Positions 59,664 through 64,000 of a stretch of 64,000 nt of DNA are shown here, piece by piece. The notes below the pieces were generated by a model. It searched no databases. It was not told where the DNA came from and saw nothing but the letters and a program-made list of their open reading frames with translations. How positions within the stretch are numbered: position 1 is the first letter of the stretch; each line of letters starts with the position of its first letter. The DNA is from Chrysomallon squamiferum. Taxonomy: Eukaryota; Animalia; Mollusca. Made by a program: the position numbers and the translations under genes. The stretch is from positions 5,208,001 through 5,272,000 of the forward strand of contig CM022674.1 of NCBI GenBank assembly GCA_012295275.1, written 5' to 3'.

Positions 59664-62600
59664 CTGTTCTTGATGGTAACAAGCATTATGATCAATCCTT
59701 TTTGGTATATCTGTCGGTGTGTTTCCTATTCCAACCAATACCCGCGATTAATGGTTTGTTCGGTGTGAGCATTCCAGTGTATGGGAAGGTGAAGATAAAA
59801 GATTCCTTTGCTGATAATCATAGTAAAGATGACGACACTGAAATTGCCATTATTCAAGAAACTTTGTAAATTATACATAATACCGGTTAGTACTGAAATG
59901 TCGTCAGATGTTAAACATACATTCAGTCAACAACGACGACGACGATGACGTTGACTATGTTAATGGTGATGACAATGTACACCCACACTCATACATACAT
60001 TCAAACAGAATAGTTGAGCACTCACCTTTACCTGTTTACACGATACATAACATGAAATATTCAGTTCGATTTAGATTATTATTCAAATGTGCAAAATGCT
60101 TTATCACCTCTAAACACGCAACTCACGCGCTGTCTTAATAATTAATCAGCTATGTTAAATAACAGAACTAAATAACAAGCCAGTGTTTGACGAATACGTA
60201 AATATTTTATACCCAGACACAATGCTGTCGTCATAGCTGTTGTTGTTGTTGTTCGTATTTATGAGTTCATGAAATGTTGATGATTGTGTTGACCAAGTAG
60301 TTATGTTCTTTACGTTAATTGAAAACTTTGAACTGTTTTAAATTGAAATAAATCTACGTCTTGTATATCACTTGTTTGATTACTAAAGTATTGTAATGCT
60401 CAGAATGAAAAACGAGTGGTGAATGTTTTTATACAGAAAAATAAACAGTAATATTTTATGATAAACGAGGAACATATACTGAAGAGATAATGTGAGAGAA
60501 ATCGAGAAGAGAAATGCGAAAAACTACAACCACTCTTATTACTACTATAGCTGCTGCTTCTACTACTACTACTACCACTACTACAACGTCAACTGTTATT
60601 ACTACTGGAGCTGCTGGTGCTACTACTACTACTACTACAACGTTTACTTTTAACACTATCAATTTTACTAACATTTCTAACGTTATTACTTCCTATTGTG
60701 ACTACTTCTACAACTGCTATTATCACAACCACTGCTACCGCTATCACTACTATCACTATTCTTGTTACTACTACTACCACAACTACTGTTACGTCTACTG
60801 GTAAAACTACTACATCTACTACCAATAGTTATAATAATAATAATAAAATAATAATAAATGACATAATAATAATAATAATAAAGACTAATAGAAAGAGAGA
60901 GATAAGGGAAGAGAGAAAAACAACAGAAAGAAATACATAGTAATACACTTGACGATAATGATGGTGATGATATTGATAATGATGATAATGATGATGTGCT
61001 GAAACAGAGTGATAGACAAACAGACAAATGGACAACAGACAAAGAGAACGAGAAGGAATGAGACAACGACACAGAGGGTACCATCACACTTTTCACAACA
61101 CTTGACTATTCCTAAACAGATACGCATTACCAGCAGCACTACAAGACGTATTGAACCGAAAACAACAACAGCATCTACAACAACATAATCAAATCATATT
61201 ACAACGACGTCGACAACGGCGTACACAGTTTTGCATTTGTTAATCAAGAACGGTTATTCTGTATGATGTCTCATTTTCAGGCGTGACGTCATGTTAATCA
61301 TCCTGTTTTGCTGTACTAGTGTGTTTCGTTCTTGAAATTCGACAAAGAAAAATTCATTAAACTGACAAAAATGAAGTTAAAAACAAAACTCAGACTGTTT
61401 ATAGTTACGGTACAGCAAAGTAATATAAATTCTTAAATTTTTCAAATTGTTGAGTTTCAGTTAAAAATGAATAAACGGTATCGAGGTAAAAAAGAAAACG
61501 AAAAGCAAGACAAAGAGGAAAAAGGACAGAACAACTAATTAAATTACTAAACAAACGAACAAACAAACAAACAAACAAACAAACAAACAAACATACATCC
61601 AAACAAATAAATAAATAAATAAATAAATAAATAACAAAGAAAGAATTAAAGAAACAAAGAAACAAACAAATCAGAAGAGAGAGGATTTTGGAAAAAAATC
61701 GTGTTTTACTGTAAGTCTTTGAAAACATGCAGTATATTATTAATAAATAAACCTCTGCAGTTATTCTGCACACAAAAGATGAGTTGACATAAATAAAGGC
61801 AACAAACCGTGAATCAATATTTGTAATAATAACTTAATGTGTCGGCAGACTGTGGCATCCACGAAAATAAACGAAAAATAATTTTCATTGCCCGAATATA
61901 AAGAAATTCCTAACAATGGTACTGCTTTTCAAAACAGAATGTTCAGAACAGTGAGCATGGTTATGGGTTTATCTAAGCGATTATTAGAAAGAGAAATAAT
62001 AATAAAAGAAATAAAGAAAACAAAATGAAAGACAAATAATGCGAAAAAAAAAAAAAAAAGAAGAGAAAATATCAAACGGATGAAGACAACCGAAAGCAAA
62101 ATGACGCAGAATTTGAAAAGAAAAGAACAAATAAAAATCAAACGTGACAAGAAAAGGACATCCACTCAAAGGAAAGATTAAACAAAGAAAACAAAACAAC
62201 AAAAGGAACCAAAATACCAAAACAGAATTTAAAATCAGGGGGAGACCCATCTCCAAAATAAATAAATAAATAAATAAAATAAAATAAACAAACCAACCAA
62301 ACAATAACAACAATAAAAAACAAAAATAACACAATTACACCATGAAAAAGCCTTCAAAGCTTGAAACAAATCAGAAACAATAAACCTGACTACAGTTGTT
62401 TTAAAATAGTCAAAATAAATATAAAAACAGTCCCATTAAAATGAACCTTTACAGAGTGAAAATTCTGTCTTAAATGCACAGCTTTAGGAATAATATTAAC
62501 AATAACGATATCAACAACATAATAATAATAATAATAAAATGAATAATGATGATGATGATGATAATAATAACAATAATAATGATTATAAAAGTGATGATAA

Positions 62601-62858
62601 TGATGAGGATGTTAACATTAATATTGATAACGACAATATCGATAATAATAACATAAATAATAAACTTACACAAATTCCAGCATTAAAACTTAATATTAAT
62701 AATAAGAATCATTAAGAATTTGCTTTGACGTAAAAGACTGTTTATAAAGGAGAGAGAAAGAAACAAAGGATGGAAAGAAAATAAGGATGAATGATTATGA
62801 AAGAAAGACAAAAATAACGAAGGAAGAAAAAAGAAAATTATAATAAATTAGTAACTAT

Positions 62859-62908
<50 letters not shown>

Positions 62909-62935
62909 ATAATAATAATAATAATAATAATAGTG

Positions 62936-62966
<31 letters not shown>

Positions 62967-63041
62967 TAATAATAACTAAAGAATGAGTAGGAAACATAAT
63001 AAAGCAAGATAACAAAACAATAAAACAAAACATAAAAAACA

Positions 63042-63116
<75 letters not shown>

Positions 63117-64000
63117 CAAAAAACCATAAAAAAACGACCGTTATAACCCTTATAAGGAGAAGGAGTAACCGCCCTTTTTCCACAGAAGACGTCATTACTA
63201 AAATGCGTTTTGAAATATTCATACAAACGTTCTTGTTAGCAAAAACCAGGTACACACAGAGAAACTAAACACGTTGTCCGCGGATACTAATTAGTTACTC
63301 ATTTTCCTCAGTGACCTGACCACAGTTTTCATTAAGGACTTTTTAACAAAGATCTGATGTCGCAGAAACAGCCAAAGGTTCGGCTTCTTAAACTAATTAT
63401 ATTTTCATATTTGCACTGAAATGAGAGGACGTGTTATTGCACAGACAGACTAACAGATGGACAGAGAGATGTGCTTGCAAAACGGACATAATTATGATTA
63501 TTCAAAATTAAAGAAACAGATGAAGTATATGTAATCAGGTTTATTCAAATATTTGAAAAACATACAAATACCATGACATGCATGTGCACATACGATACCG
63601 AACATTTACAAACAGAATTTCATAAATGTGGGAATATTTAATATAAAAAAATTAATTTTGATAAAAAAATACATTAATTTTGAATAATTTTGAAAGAATA
63701 CATCTAAATATTTTAATAATTATGAAAAATACGTCTAAAGATAGATTTAGATAGATAGATAGATAGATAGATACATAGGTAGATAGAAATAACGAAAATA
63801 AAGCAGAAATAACGAAAATGAAACTGAAAGTAAACAAAACGAAACTTATAAAACAACACACACACACACACAAAACCTATTAACTGTGGTCACTGAACGT
63901 AAAACAAAAACACTCATCATAACGCATCCCTGTTATCATTTCCAACAAAGCGTGGAGCAAAAACGCGAGAACATCTGAATCACGAGATATGAGCAGAGGT

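Overview
AT-rich, microsatellite-saturated animal genomic DNA with spliceosomal introns. It is probably an invertebrate such as a mollusc, but that is an inference from repeat style, intron size and CpG pattern. Almost all ORF-track entries are simple-repeat artefacts. Two real minus-strand genes can be rebuilt by hand. Gene A (ATG 8545 to stop 3752) has 7 phase-compatible GT-AG exons, including a 12-nt microexon, and encodes about 250 aa. Its predicted topology resembles the PAC2/proteasome-assembly-chaperone fold and it ends in an HbYX motif (-IYI), but it lacks the usual PSMG1/PSMG2 signatures, so it may be an undescribed proteasome-binding protein. Gene B is a single-FN3, single-pass membrane protein: a symmetric phase-1 FN3 exon at 46596-46892 joined over a ~33 kb intron to a TM plus cytoplasmic last exon at 13266-13618. 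Its signal-peptide exon was not found. A well-flanked 22-nt cassette exon at 13906-13927 would turn Gene B into a soluble FN3-only isoform. Also present: a possible nested antisense secreted-peptide gene (28110 onward), a foldback-like inverted minisatellite pair (58.4-59.7 kb), hAT-like ends around a 40-42 bp minisatellite, a CpG-depletion boundary at Gene A exon 1, eleven perfect CRE palindromes and a DR5/DR2 nuclear-receptor site cluster. No rRNA, intact tRNA, CRISPR array or autonomous transposon ORF is supported.
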